From assembly GCA_002269645.1 (NCBI GenBank), contig NIVC01000759.1, positions 372,001-436,000 on the forward strand: 64,000 nucleotides of DNA, read 5' to 3'. Below the pieces are notes generated by a model, which was given only the letters and a program-made list of their open reading frames with translations, had not been told where the DNA came from and did not search any database. Numbering within the stretch: the stretch's first letter is position 1; every line of letters begins with the position of its first letter. The position numbers and the translations under genes were made by a program. Positions 10,433 through 27,948 of the stretch are shown here, piece by piece. This DNA is from Macrostomum lignano. Taxonomy: Eukaryota.

Positions 10433-11676
10433 TTATAGTTCTTCGATTAGCCGTCTTGGGGGTATGCCTTTATTCATTCGACCAGATCGCCGGGCTTGCG
10501 GGTGCTGGACCCTTGTGGTGGGCTCCAGGTCAATGTCGACCGTCGACGCCTGGGCCGGCCTGAAGGGAACCAGGTTCCGTGCAGTCCAAACTTTTCCATT
10601 GTCGAGGCGATAGGTGAATCTGCCCAAAACTTCTTGAATGAGGAATGGTGACGTAAATGGTGATTTGCCTTTCGGCACATGTGGGAGTCGGATGCGCACC
10701 ATGTCGCCCAGTTTGAAATGTTGCCGAGTACTCGTTCCGGCTCCAGTTGCTTGCGGGTCGCTAGAATCGCAGCTCTTTAGCTCCTCCGCAATTGGCTTCT
10801 CAATTTCTAGTTTACGGGGCTGAAACTTTGTTCGGATATCCCGCCCTAGCAGCAGTCGTGCTGGTGAGTCGCCGTCTTCGTTAGGCGTCGTCCGATAGCT
10901 GCAGATGACTTGCTGCATTCCCTCTTCGAAGCTTCTCTTATCCGCTTCAAAGGTTTGCGCAGCATGCTTAAGTGTCCGGTTAAAAACTTCTACTTTACCA
11001 TTTCTTCTTGGCTCATATAGCGGAACGCAGTCATGCCTGATGTCGCGCGAGGCGAGGAAGTTTTTCATTTCAGTGGAGACGAAGCTGCTTCCATTGTCGG
11101 ACACCAGGACATCCGGGTTTCCAAAACGGTCGAATGTTTCCGTCAGCCACTTGATAATCTTCGCCGATCTGATGTCTCCAGTCAGGAGAATTTCTGGTTA
11201 GGACGAGTAGTAGTCTATCAAGGCAACAATAAATCGCTGAGTTTGAGGAGCTATCGCGAATGGGCCAGAGATGTCGATTGCCAGCTTTGGCGCTCAGGCT
11301 TTTGTATAGAATTCCCGTCTGGTACGATGACTCTATGGGACTTTGCGCTGTCCTGACAAGCTAGGCAATGCTTGACGTAGTTATTGATCGCTCTGTCCAT
11401 ACCTGGCCACCACTAAGCAGATCGCAGGAGACGCTTCATCCTCACAATGCCGGGGTGTCCTTCATGCGCGCGTTTTAGTATTTGCGGTTGTAGTTTAGAA
11501 AGCGGCACAATTTGTTCGCCACGAAATAAAATGTTCTTGTCAATCGTCAGTTCATCCTGGACTTGTCGAAAGGCACTAGCTTCCGATCGTTTGTCGATAG
11601 GTCTGGAGAGTCGCGTAGCTTCCATTACAATCTGAAATAGCTCATTGGTCTTCGTCAGTTCTTGCAAGTTCTGCAT
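10433..11676 (-). pseudogene. Gypsy integrase (HHCC finger plus DDE core), interrupted
   Basis: HEGHPGIVRMKRLLRS in 11413..11676; SDNGSSFVS..YEPRRNGKVEVFNRTLK..YRTTP in 10433..11104; the pieces are separated by stops or frameshifts. Confidence 0.9.
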
Positions 11677-11709
11677 ATTTATGTTAATTGCACTGCTGAC
11701 TGCAAGGAT

Positions 11710-12825
11710 TCAAGGTATCCGAAGACTGCAAGGTACTTCGTTACCATTCGGCTGTCGTTGCGAAAGGACCGCTCCTATTCCAACATCTGATGCGTCTGTT
11801 GTCAGGATCGTCGGCAAGTTTGGGTCAAAAATAGCCAGTTCAAGGCGTTCGTGGAGCAGCGACTTCACTCGTTCGAAGGCTTTTTGCTGCTTTTCTCCCC
11901 AGATAAACCTCTGGTGCTTTCTTGTCAACATTCGTAGGGGCTCTGTAACGTTAGCCAAGCCTGGCAGGAAGTTCGAATGGTAGTTGATCAATCCAAGGAA
12001 GGATCGAAGTTCTTCGGAATTCTTCGGTGCCGGTGTATTCTTGATAGCCTCTAGCTTCGCGGGGTCGGACTCGACGTTCCCAAGTTCGTTGATAATGTAG
12101 CCAAGGAAAGGCACTCGTTCTTTTCGGAGTATTGACTTGGCGGTGTTGATTCGGAAGTCTTTTTCGTGCAGCAACTTCAGAACCTTCCGTAGTTCTTCGT
12201 CGTGTTCCGCGATGGTCTTTCCGAAAACGAGAATATCGTCAATGTATGCAATCGTGTGATCACAACCAACTAGTGTGTTGCTAACGCATCGTTGAAATAC
12301 GGATGCGGAGTCCACCAAGCCCATTGGCAGTCTATTGTAGGCATAGAGTCCGATCGGGGTTGCAGTTGTGGTTAAATGCTTGCTTTCTTCGTCCAGCTCA
12401 ATGTGGAAGTAGGCGCGCTTTAAATCAATCTTAGACTTGTAGCGGGCGCCTCGGAGCTTCAGAAAGAGGTCGTTGATGTTTGGTACGGAGTACCGGTCAG
12501 GGACTACAAACTTGTTCAGGTGCGACAGGTCAGTTGTAATCCGTACGCTTCCGTCGGCTTTCCACACGGTAACCAAACCGTTGACCCACGAACTTTTCTC
12601 GATTGGGCTCCAGATTCCGCATTCCTCCATTTGCTTGATCTCTGTGATGGCAGCCTCTTGGCGGGCAAACGGAATTGTCCTAGTGGGGATGCACTTGGGA
12701 ATTGCATCAGAGCGAATTGTAATTTTATGTGTGTGGTCCGGGAAGGTTCCCAGTGACTCCTCGGACAACTTAGGAAATTGTTTTTTGACCTCGCTGAATT
12801 GGTCAGAAATGGCTGAAACCTGCAT
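11710..12825 (-). pseudogene. Gypsy reverse transcriptase with truncated RNase H
   Basis: KIDLKRAYFHIEL, YNRLPMGL, AYIDDILVF and LTTDASDVGIGAVLSQ; the RNase H C-terminal part is missing. Confidence 0.92.
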
Positions 12826-14082
12826 CGATGATCCGTCGAACTTTCAGGCGATCCTGCGTGACGAACAAATTCGCTTCGACTGAACGATCTAGGACCCTCA
12901 CATTTGCTGTGATACAACCAAGGACGTCCGATATGCTAGAGTTGTCGTAATTCACAAGAGAAGAGGATGTCGGCTTGATTTTGCACTCTGGCCAAATGCG
13001 CTTGAGGTCGGACTTTCGGATAGTCGATACTTCGGCAGCCGTGTCGAGGAGAGCGCTGTAGCTGCCTCTCTTGCCTACAAGGGTGACTTCGACGGACGGC
13101 GTCTAGTGTCTGCTGACCAGTCTCACCTTCTCGCGGACATGGTTGACGCTCTTCTTCTGGGTTCTCCTCTGGGATATTATACACTGCGCTGCAAAATGGT
13201 TAGGTTTGCCACATCCTTTGCACAATTTTCCAAGGGCTGGACACTTTGGGTCACGATAGAGATGAGTATTGGATCCGCAACCCATGCACTGCTTATTATG
13301 TTGTTTTCCCTTGTCAAAGCGTGCGGGTGGGGCACCGGCATCTGCTTTCCGTCGACGTGGCGGCCCACTTTTAGAGCTCGGCTGGCTTTGCACTTGCTGA
13401 ACTGGGGCTGGAGCGCCGCTTCGGATTATCTGGCCGGTCTCGGTGGCTGCTTCATCGGCCCGCATAGCGGTCAGAAACGTCTGCAGATCGATGGCTTGCT
13501 CAGTTAATAGCTTCTCCTGGGTGCTCTTTGACGCGCAGCCGATGACAAGCTGCATTGCCAGTTGGCGGTCTTCGCCGGCTCCGTACTCGCAGTCCGTGAT
13601 TACGCTCGTAGCGTGCGAAGGGCAGTAAAGTAGTCATTTACCGATTCGCCCGTTTCTTACTTGCGGCGTCGAAACTCATATTCGGCTCGGACGGGGTTTT
13701 TCGCCGTTGAAAATATTGGCTTCAGCTCATCGACATACTCTGTGAAGCTGGAGTTCTCTTTGTCCTTCACGCAGTGTGCGTAGAGAATTCGTCTTCCTTC
13801 AGACCCCAAAGACGTACGCAGAAATGCTTTCTTAAAAGCCTCCGAGAGCTGTGTGCCTGTTGTCGTCTCTGTAAGGTAGTAGAAATCCGATACCTCTCTT
13901 TGCCAGATGTCCCACTTGGTTGTCGGATCGCCAGGTAGCTCCAGAAACTTGGACGGTTGTGGTATTGAGACGCGGATTGCTTGATGATTCGTCGTCGAGG
14001 CCAATGGTTCTTGGCTCGTATTCGGCTTTCCTACCGGCGGTGGCGTCTTTGGCGGCATCGGTTCGCAAATCCTCGTCACCAA
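12826..14082 (-). pseudogene. Gypsy gag (double Cys/His knuckle) and aspartic protease, split by frameshifts
   Basis: gag pieces at 13657..14082 and 13103..13555 (CMGCGSNTH...CKGCGKPNHFAAQC); the protease motif LLDTAAEVSTI near 13040 lies in a third frame. Confidence 0.85.
14069..14081 (-). promoter_or_regulatory. Primer binding site TGGTGACGAGGAT, complementary to the tRNA-Ser(GCU) 3' end with one G-U pair
   Basis: Starts 2 nt inside the 5' LTR. The tRNA assignment comes from my recall of the metazoan Ser-GCT 3' sequence. Confidence 0.75.
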
Positions 14083-14083
14083 T

Positions 14084-14273
14084 TGATGTGTTTGGAAATG
14101 AAATCGTAGTGTTAATTCGTAAAGTAATTTGTATATTTATTTTCACTCCGAAGAGTGGAATCGTAAGCAAGCGCAGTTCTGAGAAAACAAAGTTCGTCTG
14201 GGCCGTCTCTCTTTCTAGAGAGCAAACGTTAGGAGGTTAGGCCATAGATGTGCTTCGACTAAACCACGCATCA
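14084..14273 (-). repeat. 5' LTR of the Gypsy element
   Basis: Identical to 10214-10403. Confidence 0.97.
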
Positions 14274-14715
14274 CAATGCCAATCCTCTCTGACTCTCATT
14301 CCCGATCTCTCTGACTCTCAATGCCAATCCTCTCTGACTCTCATTCCCGATCTCTCTGACTCTCAATGCCAATCCTCTCTGACTCTCATTCCCGATCTCT
14401 CTGACTCTCAATGCCAATCCTCTCTGACTCTCATTCCCGATCTCTCTGACTCTCATTCCCGATCTCTCTGACTCTCATTGCCAATCCCTCTGACTCTCAT
14501 TGCCAATCCCTCTGACTCTCATTGACAATCCCTCTGACTCTTAATGCCAATTCCTCTGACTCTCAATGCCAATCCCTCTGACTCTCATTCCCGATCTCTT
14601 TGACTCTCATTGCCAATCCCTCTGACTCTCATTGACAATCCCTCTGACTCTTAATGCCAATCTCTCTGACTATCAATGCCAATCCCCCTGACTCTCATTG
14701 ACTATCCCTCTGACT
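14274..14715. repeat. 45-bp (about 22-bp subunit) minisatellite CAATGCCAATCCTCTCTGACTCTCATTCCCGATCTCTCTGACTCT
   Basis: Directly visible. Its first partial unit (CTGACTCTCAATG) lies left of the Gypsy element, so the element inserted into this array. Confidence 0.9.
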
Positions 14716-14861
14716 TTCATTGCTAATTCTAAAGCAATGGGAGCAATGAGCAATGATTCTAAAGCAATGAGAGCAATGAGCAATGATTCTAAAGCAATGA
14801 GCATTGCTAATTCTTCTTTTCTCCACTGCAGAAAAAAAACCCAGTCAAATGTCAAGTTAGA

Positions 14862-15125
<264 letters not shown>

Positions 15126-15161
15126 GTCACGGCGTGTTTAAAAAATAATTCATTTAGTATG

Positions 15162-15199
15162 GGCTACCGGTTTCGAGCCTCTGGGCTCTTCGTCAGGCC
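15162..15199 (-). ncRNA. Minimal hammerhead ribozyme motif (Penelope A)
   Basis: Minus strand reads GGC-CUGACGA-A-GAGCC(CAGA)GGCUC-GAAA-CCGG-UA-GCC: conserved core, stem II, palindromic short stem III. Confidence 0.75.
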
Positions 15200-15547
15200 A
15201 AAAATCAGTGTTTCATGCAGTGCAAGTTGGTCTTTTAAGTATTAGTTTTCTCAGTCTAATAAAATCGCTGAGCTGCTGTACATATGAGGGCTGTACATTT
15301 AAACTGGCTTCATTCTAGCTCTAACTTGTCCCAGAGGCTTTCAACCGGTCAGTTTAAGCGACGGTATATTTAGTATATTAAAAAATTGTTTTTTCGAAGT
15401 ACGATTAAATAAAATGCGGTATTGAGGGTGGGAGCATAAAAATCAATATTGAGCGTACAATTAAGCAGTTTGAATAAAATAAAATAAATGACACGTGAAT
15501 AAATATTGTACTTCAATAGGGTAAAAATAGCGCATTGGTTAAAATGA

Positions 15548-17455
15548 TTAAATGTTTCCTGGCTGAGACTTGAACTTATTGGGAGCCAGGAGGCTCTGTA
15601 AGTTACGTTGCCGTGTAAAAGCGGGCAGTATGCGGGAGCCAGGTTTATTTTGTAGCTTATCAAAGTTTTTAGCAATCTCGTTGGCAAGCCAGACCGTAGA
15701 TGGGTGAAAAGGAAGGACCATTGGGATGGGTCGGAGAAGATGATTGTCGACCCTGATGTTCGTACCTGGCGGTTTGTCAGTCCCCAGTTTTTTAATCCAG
15801 ATTTCTTCCCTTAGTTCGATTTTGTTGTTATTAAGAACTTGTTCGATAGCAATGGAGACAAAGTTTGCAATCGAGTGATTGGGGGTGAGAAAGTGCTCTG
15901 ACCCCGAAGTTACGACTCTCCTGTTAATATTTGACCTGTGCTGGTTCATTCTATCTCTCATTGTTCTTCTAGTCATCCCTACATAGAAGATTTTCCCAGG
16001 GTGGCACTGGTTGCAGGAGATGCCATAGATGATGTTCTTGGAGCCACAGGACAGGCTCTGAGAGATTAAAAAACCGGAAGCCGGTTTCAGTCCCTGGGCG
16101 GAGAGAGCAGGCGGTGAGTGGGTGCAGCATTTGCAGCGGGATGACCCACAGGGATGGAACCCTTTGGGAAGCAGACCCAGATTGGTCGTTGGTCCCGCAG
16201 TCCAGTTCATAAGTATGAGGACATCCTTTTTGCAGTTTCTAAGAAAAATCTTCGAGTGGCCTAATTGCTTGAGTTCCGATTTTAAAGAATTGAAAGCATC
16301 GTTGAAAGACTTGTAGTCATCACAGATACGAGCGTACCGAAGGATTTGGGATTTTACTACCCCCTTGAAGGTGTGTGACGGATGGAAGGACTGTCGGTGC
16401 AACAATCTATGAGTGTCTGTTTCTTTTGAAAACAGTTGTGTTGTGAAGCGGTTTTCAGCTTTCCTGATGGTCATGTCAAGGAAACTGACCTCAGTTGATG
16501 AGGAGCTGACGGTGAGTTTGATGTTGGGGTTGATTGAATTTAGGTGTACAACAAATTCTGTCAGAGTTTCAGCCGGGTGGTCCCAGTGAATGAAGATATC
16601 ATCTATGTACCTAAAATAGATGTTCGGCTTATAAAGAGCAGTTCTCAGGGCAGTTTCCTCCCAGAGGCTCATGAAGAGACAGGCATAGCTGGGCGCAAAT
16701 ATGCGCCCCATGGCTGTACCTCTAAGTTGTAGGAAAATCATTTTGTCAAATTCAAAGTCATTCCTGTACAAACACAATTCCAGTAGCTTTATTATTTCAG
16801 CATCCGGTCTAATGGGATCCGGGTATCGGTTAAAGAATTCCTGGATCGCTGCAATGCCCTGATCTATTGGGATCATGGAGTACAGACTCTGGACATCACA
16901 GGTTGCCAGAGTCGAACCTTCCGTGCAGCTTTTCTCCATAAGGTGTGCCTTTAAGTCATAGGAGTCCTTAATGAAAGTGGGTTGCGCTTGGGCAATCGGT
17001 TTTAGAAAGAAGTCTATGTACTTTTCTGCCCCAATTGCTTCAGAACTACATCCGCTCACAATAGGTCTGCCTGCTGGGACCCGAAAGGGGATCAGCCAGG
17101 TGGCCGGGTCCTTGTGAATTTTTGGGAGCAGGTAGAAATGCCGGGGACGGAAGTTCTCTCCGGGACAAAGAAATGCACACTGTTTCTTAGATATGAACTT
17201 TCTGTTACATAAATTGAGGAAGATCCCCCTAATAAGTTCCGCAGTCACGGGTTGCAATGGCTGGTCCAGCTGTTGATAGGCATCAGTGTCAAACAGTTGG
17301 TTGTAGGCTGCAAATTCGTAGTCCTTAGGGTGCATGATGACCACTGCGTTGCCTTTGTCCGCCTTTTTTATAAGGACGGAGCTGTTTCGCTTGAGCCTCT
17401 GAATCGCCCTGGTCTCTGGTGCCTCTAGGTTGCCTTTGATCTGTCCCGTTGTCAA
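15548..17455 (-). CDS. Penelope-like RT + GIY-YIG endonuclease (635 aa open; 1-bp frameshift upstream at about 17453)
   Basis: IKKADKGNAVV, YLLPKIHK, GRPIVSG, DVQSLYSMIP, QLRGTAMG, FRYIDDIF, CGSSRCKCC linker, NIIYGISC..FYVGMT..RMNQHR, AFTRQRNLQSLL. Confidence 0.93.
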   Translation of the reverse strand: MTTGQIKGNLEAPETRAIQRLKRNSSVLIKKADKGNAVVIMHPKDYEFAAYNQLFDTDAYQQLDQPLQPVTAELIRGIFLNLCNRKFISKKQCAFLCPGENFRPRHFYLLPKIHKDPATWLIPFRVPAGRPIVSGCSSEAIGAEKYIDFFLKPIAQAQPTFIKDSYDLKAHLMEKSCTEGSTLATCDVQSLYSMIPIDQGIAAIQEFFNRYPDPIRPDAEIIKLLELCLYRNDFEFDKMIFLQLRGTAMGRIFAPSYACLFMSLWEETALRTALYKPNIYFRYIDDIFIHWDHPAETLTEFVVHLNSINPNIKLTVSSSSTEVSFLDMTIRKAENRFTTQLFSKETDTHRLLHRQSFHPSHTFKGVVKSQILRYARICDDYKSFNDAFNSLKSELKQLGHSKIFLRNCKKDVLILMNWTAGPTTNLGLLPKGFHPCGSSRCKCCTHSPPALSAQGLKPASGFLISQSLSCGSKNIIYGISCNQCHPGKIFYVGMTRRTMRDRMNQHRSNINRRVVTSGSEHFLTPNHSIANFVSIAIEQVLNNNKIELREEIWIKKLGTDKPPGTNIRVDNHLLRPIPMVLPFHPSTVWLANEIAKNFDKLQNKPGSRILPAFTRQRNLQSLLAPNKFKSQPGNI

Positions 17456-17681
17456 TTCTCTACCAGATTTTGGTTCTCAAGTACCAGCAAGTTGCACTCA
17501 TCCCTTCTAAGTCTGAGGGGAACCTCCTTCCCTGATTTCCCGGTGAAGGGGGGCGGGCTGGTATTGGCGAGACCCCTCTTTTTGAAAAAGTCTTTCCAGA
17601 AAAGTTTACGATGAAATTCCGTCACGCAGTTCCTCAACTCATCGAAATCAAAGGCTTGGGTTGGGATAAAATTGAGTCCCT

Positions 17682-17898
<217 letters not shown>

Positions 17899-17899
17899 G

Positions 17900-23542
<5,643 letters not shown>

Positions 23543-24257
23543 GCGTCTCGCACTGCTTCCATGCTTGAGTTGAGCTGCAATCGAGTCGCATAGGCAGCCA
23601 CTGCGACTTAGCCCTGGCCTGTTTAGATGCCTTTTTATCATTGTTGCCTCTGCTGCAGCCAGCGAGAGAAGATGCTCAGCCCTTCACCCCGCACCGAATC
23701 TCTGAGCACAGCCGCACCCTGTGCTCTCAAGCCGCAATTTTCTCTCTGCGCCTCCCTCCCTAGACTCGAACCCGTTTTCATTTCGGCGGTCTCTGGGTGG
23801 CGCTGGCAGCATCCATGTTTCTAAGAAAACAGCTCTCCGTTTTTGTTGGTAGCGACGGCAGAATCTGCTCTAATTTGTGTATTTGGAGTTGGTCTTGCGT
23901 TGAGAATGAGACTTGTAATTGGAATTGGAAATGTACCTTAGGCACACTGAGCAGATGAAAAACTTGAATAGATGCGGTAGCAACACTGCATAATATTTAC
24001 CATCAGCTAAAAATCGAAAGGTAGATTAAAAAATCAAAAGTCAAGTGAACATAGGGGTCAAAGTTATGGTAGTCACTAGGGGTCACTGGGGGTCAGTCAT
24101 CAGGAAGCAGGCAGAGTCAAGTGAGCATCAAGTAGTCACTGGGGGTCAGTTATGAGAAAGCATCAAGTAGTCAACATCAAACGACAAGAACTTAACAAGT
24201 GACTAATAAGCATCAAATATAACATGACAGACTTCACTCTGATTCTGCAACATGTTT

Positions 24258-27200
24258 TCAACGAGAACCCAAGCTGAACAGCTGCAGACTCCGTGAGCGC
24301 TTCTGAGCTTTGCTCGGATCAAAGGAGACCTGCCGAGCGAGCTGTGACACGGTCTGAGCAACGCAATAGTACTTTATAATTTCGCCTCTCTCATTTCTGA
24401 ACTCGTACGGCTTCTCCGCCATGTGCCGCCTCACGAGAATCATGATGTCCTCCAGGTGCTTCTCCGTGTAAAATTGCTCGATGTAGTCGCACAGGGTCTG
24501 CACGAAGACGCTGCCAGTCTGAGGGTCGCGGTAGGACACCTGACCCTCTGTGGTAGGGAAGCAGAACAGGAAGTCACTCTCTGGAGGGTACAGGGCCGGG
24601 TTCTGCGCGAACTCTGGGGGCAGCTGGTCGACTGCCAGCCCCCTGTGCGTCACTTCGTCTGTGCCACTGCCACGGCAGGCCTGGACAAAGAAGAGCTTCG
24701 GCTTGCCCGCCAGGTCGGGGCAGACGGAGGCCTGGAGGAGGGTTGGGAAATGTGTAGAAATTTGTAGAGCTGCAATGCTTTGTATCATATGCACAGATGA
24801 GCCAGACCCAGACCCACCTTGAACTTGGCTGCGAGCTCCAGAACCGGACTCTGCACTCCATGGCCATCGATAATGCAGTCCCTTCCCTGTGGGTCCTTGC
24901 GGCCGTGGGCCATCAGGAAGCAGACAAAACTGCCGTGCTTGGCGAGCTCCTTGGACTTCTTTGTCTCATTGAGGAAGTCATCGATCTCTGCAGTTGTGGT
25001 ATTTTGCTTCTCCATGATGGTGAAACTCAGCTTCCTGAAAAGCTTCCTCACTCGCTCCACATCCCGCTCCGAGCCTTTGCGCTCCTCTTCGCCGCTGCCG
25101 GCTGAGTACGCGTTGATGTTGATGATGAGGCAGAACCCCTGCGGGTTCGTCACCTGGTAGAAATCCTCATGGAGTCTGGAATGCAGCAGGGTGATCGGGG
25201 CGTGAAGCAATGAGTGCAGAACAGGAATCTCCAGAGACCTTTGCCTAATTATGGGTGCAGTTTTGCCCAAGAATGCCGTGGAATGCTGTGGGCACACTGT
25301 ATTATATATAATCTCTTCCTTACTAAACCTAAACTGATCATTGTTATATCTCTGAAGAAAAAAGAACTAAAAACCAATCGAAGCAAATCATATTCTATGA
25401 GCGTTGCATGCAGCCCACAATAAAGCTTTGACTTCATTTAAAAATCTTTTTTTCTTCAAAATTTAATGCTATTAATTAGCTCGTAAATCCAGCATTCAAT
25501 TTTTAATGTCACTGTAACAGACGTGCCAATATATCCGCTTTTTTCATACAAAACTTACGGAACTGTCGGCGTCTTCTCAGACTGGGACCTCTGCTGGTGC
25601 CGCCGCTCAGCGATCCACCGCGTCAACTGAGACCCGTGCCGAGAGTTCAGCTTTGCGTAGTCAGCAACAGACTTTCGCTTCCATGGAAGAAAGTGCGAGG
25701 CATCCCTTAGATCAAGGACAGAGACACCCAGTAAGTCAACGATGAAGCTGAGCGTTTCGACATCTTGATATTGAGCAGCCAGATGAGCCGCTGTAATCCC
25801 GTTAAAACCTCTTTTCAAAAGGCATGACCGGCCGAGTTGCTGAACGAGCCACTTGAGACAGGAGTTAGTAGCTTCATTCGTAGCGGCATGGTGAATGGCA
25901 GTGCGTTGGCAATTGCCAGGCTGATGGAAGCAGTCGGATCCGAGGACTGATTTGAAGAACTGCATGGAATCGGCGCCCTGAAACTCAGCAGCGAGATGGA
26001 TGGGAGTGCTTCCTTGTTGGTCTCGAACGGAGAGACAGTCGGTTCCGCACTCGTTCACCAGCCACTTGAGACAGGAGTTAGTAGCTTCATTAAAAGCGGC
26101 GCCGTGAATGGCAGTGCGTTGTAAGTAGCCAGGCTGATGGAAGCAGTCGGATCCGAGGACTGATTTGAAGAACTGCATGGAATCGGCGCCCTGAAACTCA
26201 GCAGCGAGATGGACGGGAGTGTCTCCTTGTTGGTCTCGAACGGAGAGACAGTCGGTTCCGCACTCGTTCACCAGCCACTTGAGACAAGAGTTAGTAGCTT
26301 CATTCCTAGCGGCTTTGTGAATGGCAGTGCGTTGTAAGAAGCCAGGCTGATGGAAGCAGTCGGATCCGAGGACTGATTTGAAGAACTGCATGGAATCGGC
26401 GCCCTGCTTCCAAGCAGCGAGATGGACGGGAGTGTCTCCTTGTTGGTCTCGAACGGAGAGACAGTCGGTTCCGCACTCGTTCACCAGCCACTTGAGACAG
26501 GAGTTAGTAGCTTCATTAAAAGCGGCGCCGTGAATGGCAGTGCGTTGTAAGTAGCCAGGCTGATGGAAGCAGTCGGATCCGAGGACTGATTTGAAGAACT
26601 GCATGGAATCGGCGCCCTGAAACTCAGCAGCGAGATGGACGGGAGTGTCTCCTTGTTGGTCTCGAACGGAGAGACAGTCGGTTCCGCACTCGTTCACCAG
26701 CCACTTGAGACAAGAGTTAGTAGCTTCATTCCTAGCGGCTTTGTGAATGGCAGTGCGTTGTAAGAAGCCAGGCTGATGGAAGCAGTCGGATCCGAGGACT
26801 GATTTGAAGAACTGCATGGAATCGGCGCCCTGCTTCCAAGCAGCGAGATGGACGGGAGTGCTTCCTTGTTGGTCTCGAACGGAGAGACAGTCGGTTCCGC
26901 ACTCGTTCACCAGCCACTTGAGACAAGAGTTAGTAGCTTCATTCCTAGCGGCTTTTTGAATGGCAGTTTGTTGTAAGTAGCCAGGCTGATGGAAGCAGTC
27001 GGATCCGAGGACTGATTTGAAGAACTGCATGGAATCGGCGCCCTGAAACAAAGCAGCGAGATGGACGGGAGTGTTTCCTAGTTGGTCTCGAACGGAGAGA
27101 CAGTCGGTTCCGCACTCGTTCACCAGCCACTTGAGACAGGAGTTAGTAGCTTCATTCGTAGCGGCCTGGTGAATGGCAGTGCGTTGTAAGAAGCCAGGCT

Positions 27201-27948
27201 GATGGAAGCAGTCGGATCCGAGGACTGATTTGAAGAACTGCATGGAATCGGCGCCCTGCTTCCAAGCAGCGAGATGGACGGGAGTGCTTCCTTGTTGGTC
27301 TCGAACGGAGAGACAGTCGGTTTCGAACTCGTTCACCAGCCACTTGAGACAGGAGTTAGTAGCTTCATTTAAAGCGGCCTGGTGAATGGCAGTGCGTTGT
27401 AAGAAGCCAGGCTGATGGAAGCAGTCGGATCCGAGGACTGATTTGAAGAACTGCATGGAATCGGCGCCCTGCTTCCAAGCAGCGAGATGGACGGGAGTGT
27501 CTCCTTGTTGGTCTCGAACGGAGAGACAGTCGGTTCCGCACTCGTTCACCAGCCACTTGAGACAAGAGTTAGTAGCTTCATTCCTAGCGGCTTGGTGAAT
27601 GGCAGTGCGTTGTAGGTAGCCAGGCTGATGGAAGCAGTCGGATCCGAGGTTTCGGTTAATGAGCTCCATCCATGACTCATCCAGATACAAGGCAGCCAGG
27701 TGCACTGGAGTGTTCATCTTCTCGTTGGTGCAGGTGAGGCATTTGGTTCCAAGTTTCTTAATGAGAGCCTCCATGCAGCTTAGACTGTCGGGAAGGCAGG
27801 CCACGTGGTGAGCAATGGACTGCTCCAACTGGTTGACGCTGACGGTATGGTTGGTGTCGAGCTGCCGGCAGAGCTCGAGGAGGCTGTCCAAGTCATTGGC
27901 AGCGAGTGCTGCAGCTACCAATGCGCGCATTGAGGCTTTCGGCTCCAT
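24258..27948 (-). CDS. Ankyrin-repeat-caspase fusion protein (3 exons: 27948-25559, 25175-24818, 24731-24258; about 1,073 aa)
   Basis: GT-AG introns 25558-25176 (CC|gtaagt...ttccag|A, phase 2) and 24817-24732 (phase 0) join the ankyrin ORF in frame to a caspase with RKGSERD, FLMAHG (His), KPKLFFVQACRG (Cys) and SYRDPQTGSVFVQ. Confidence 0.85.
25903..27606 (-). repeat. Eight near-identical coding 213-bp units (71 aa, two ankyrin repeats each)
   Basis: Unit: TAIHxAAxNEATNSCLKWLVNECGTDCLSVRDQxGxTPVHLAAxxQGADSMQFFKSVLGSDCFHQPGxLQR. Confidence 0.95.

Larger units (their letters stand above)
10214..14273 (-). mobile_element. Ty3/Gypsy (Mag-like) LTR retrotransposon, 4,060 bp, defective gag-pol
   Basis: Identical 190-bp LTRs (TGATG...CATCA), 5-bp TSD CAATG (10209-10213 and 14274-14278), PBS, PPT, and domain order gag-PR-RT-RH-IN. 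Confidence 0.97.
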
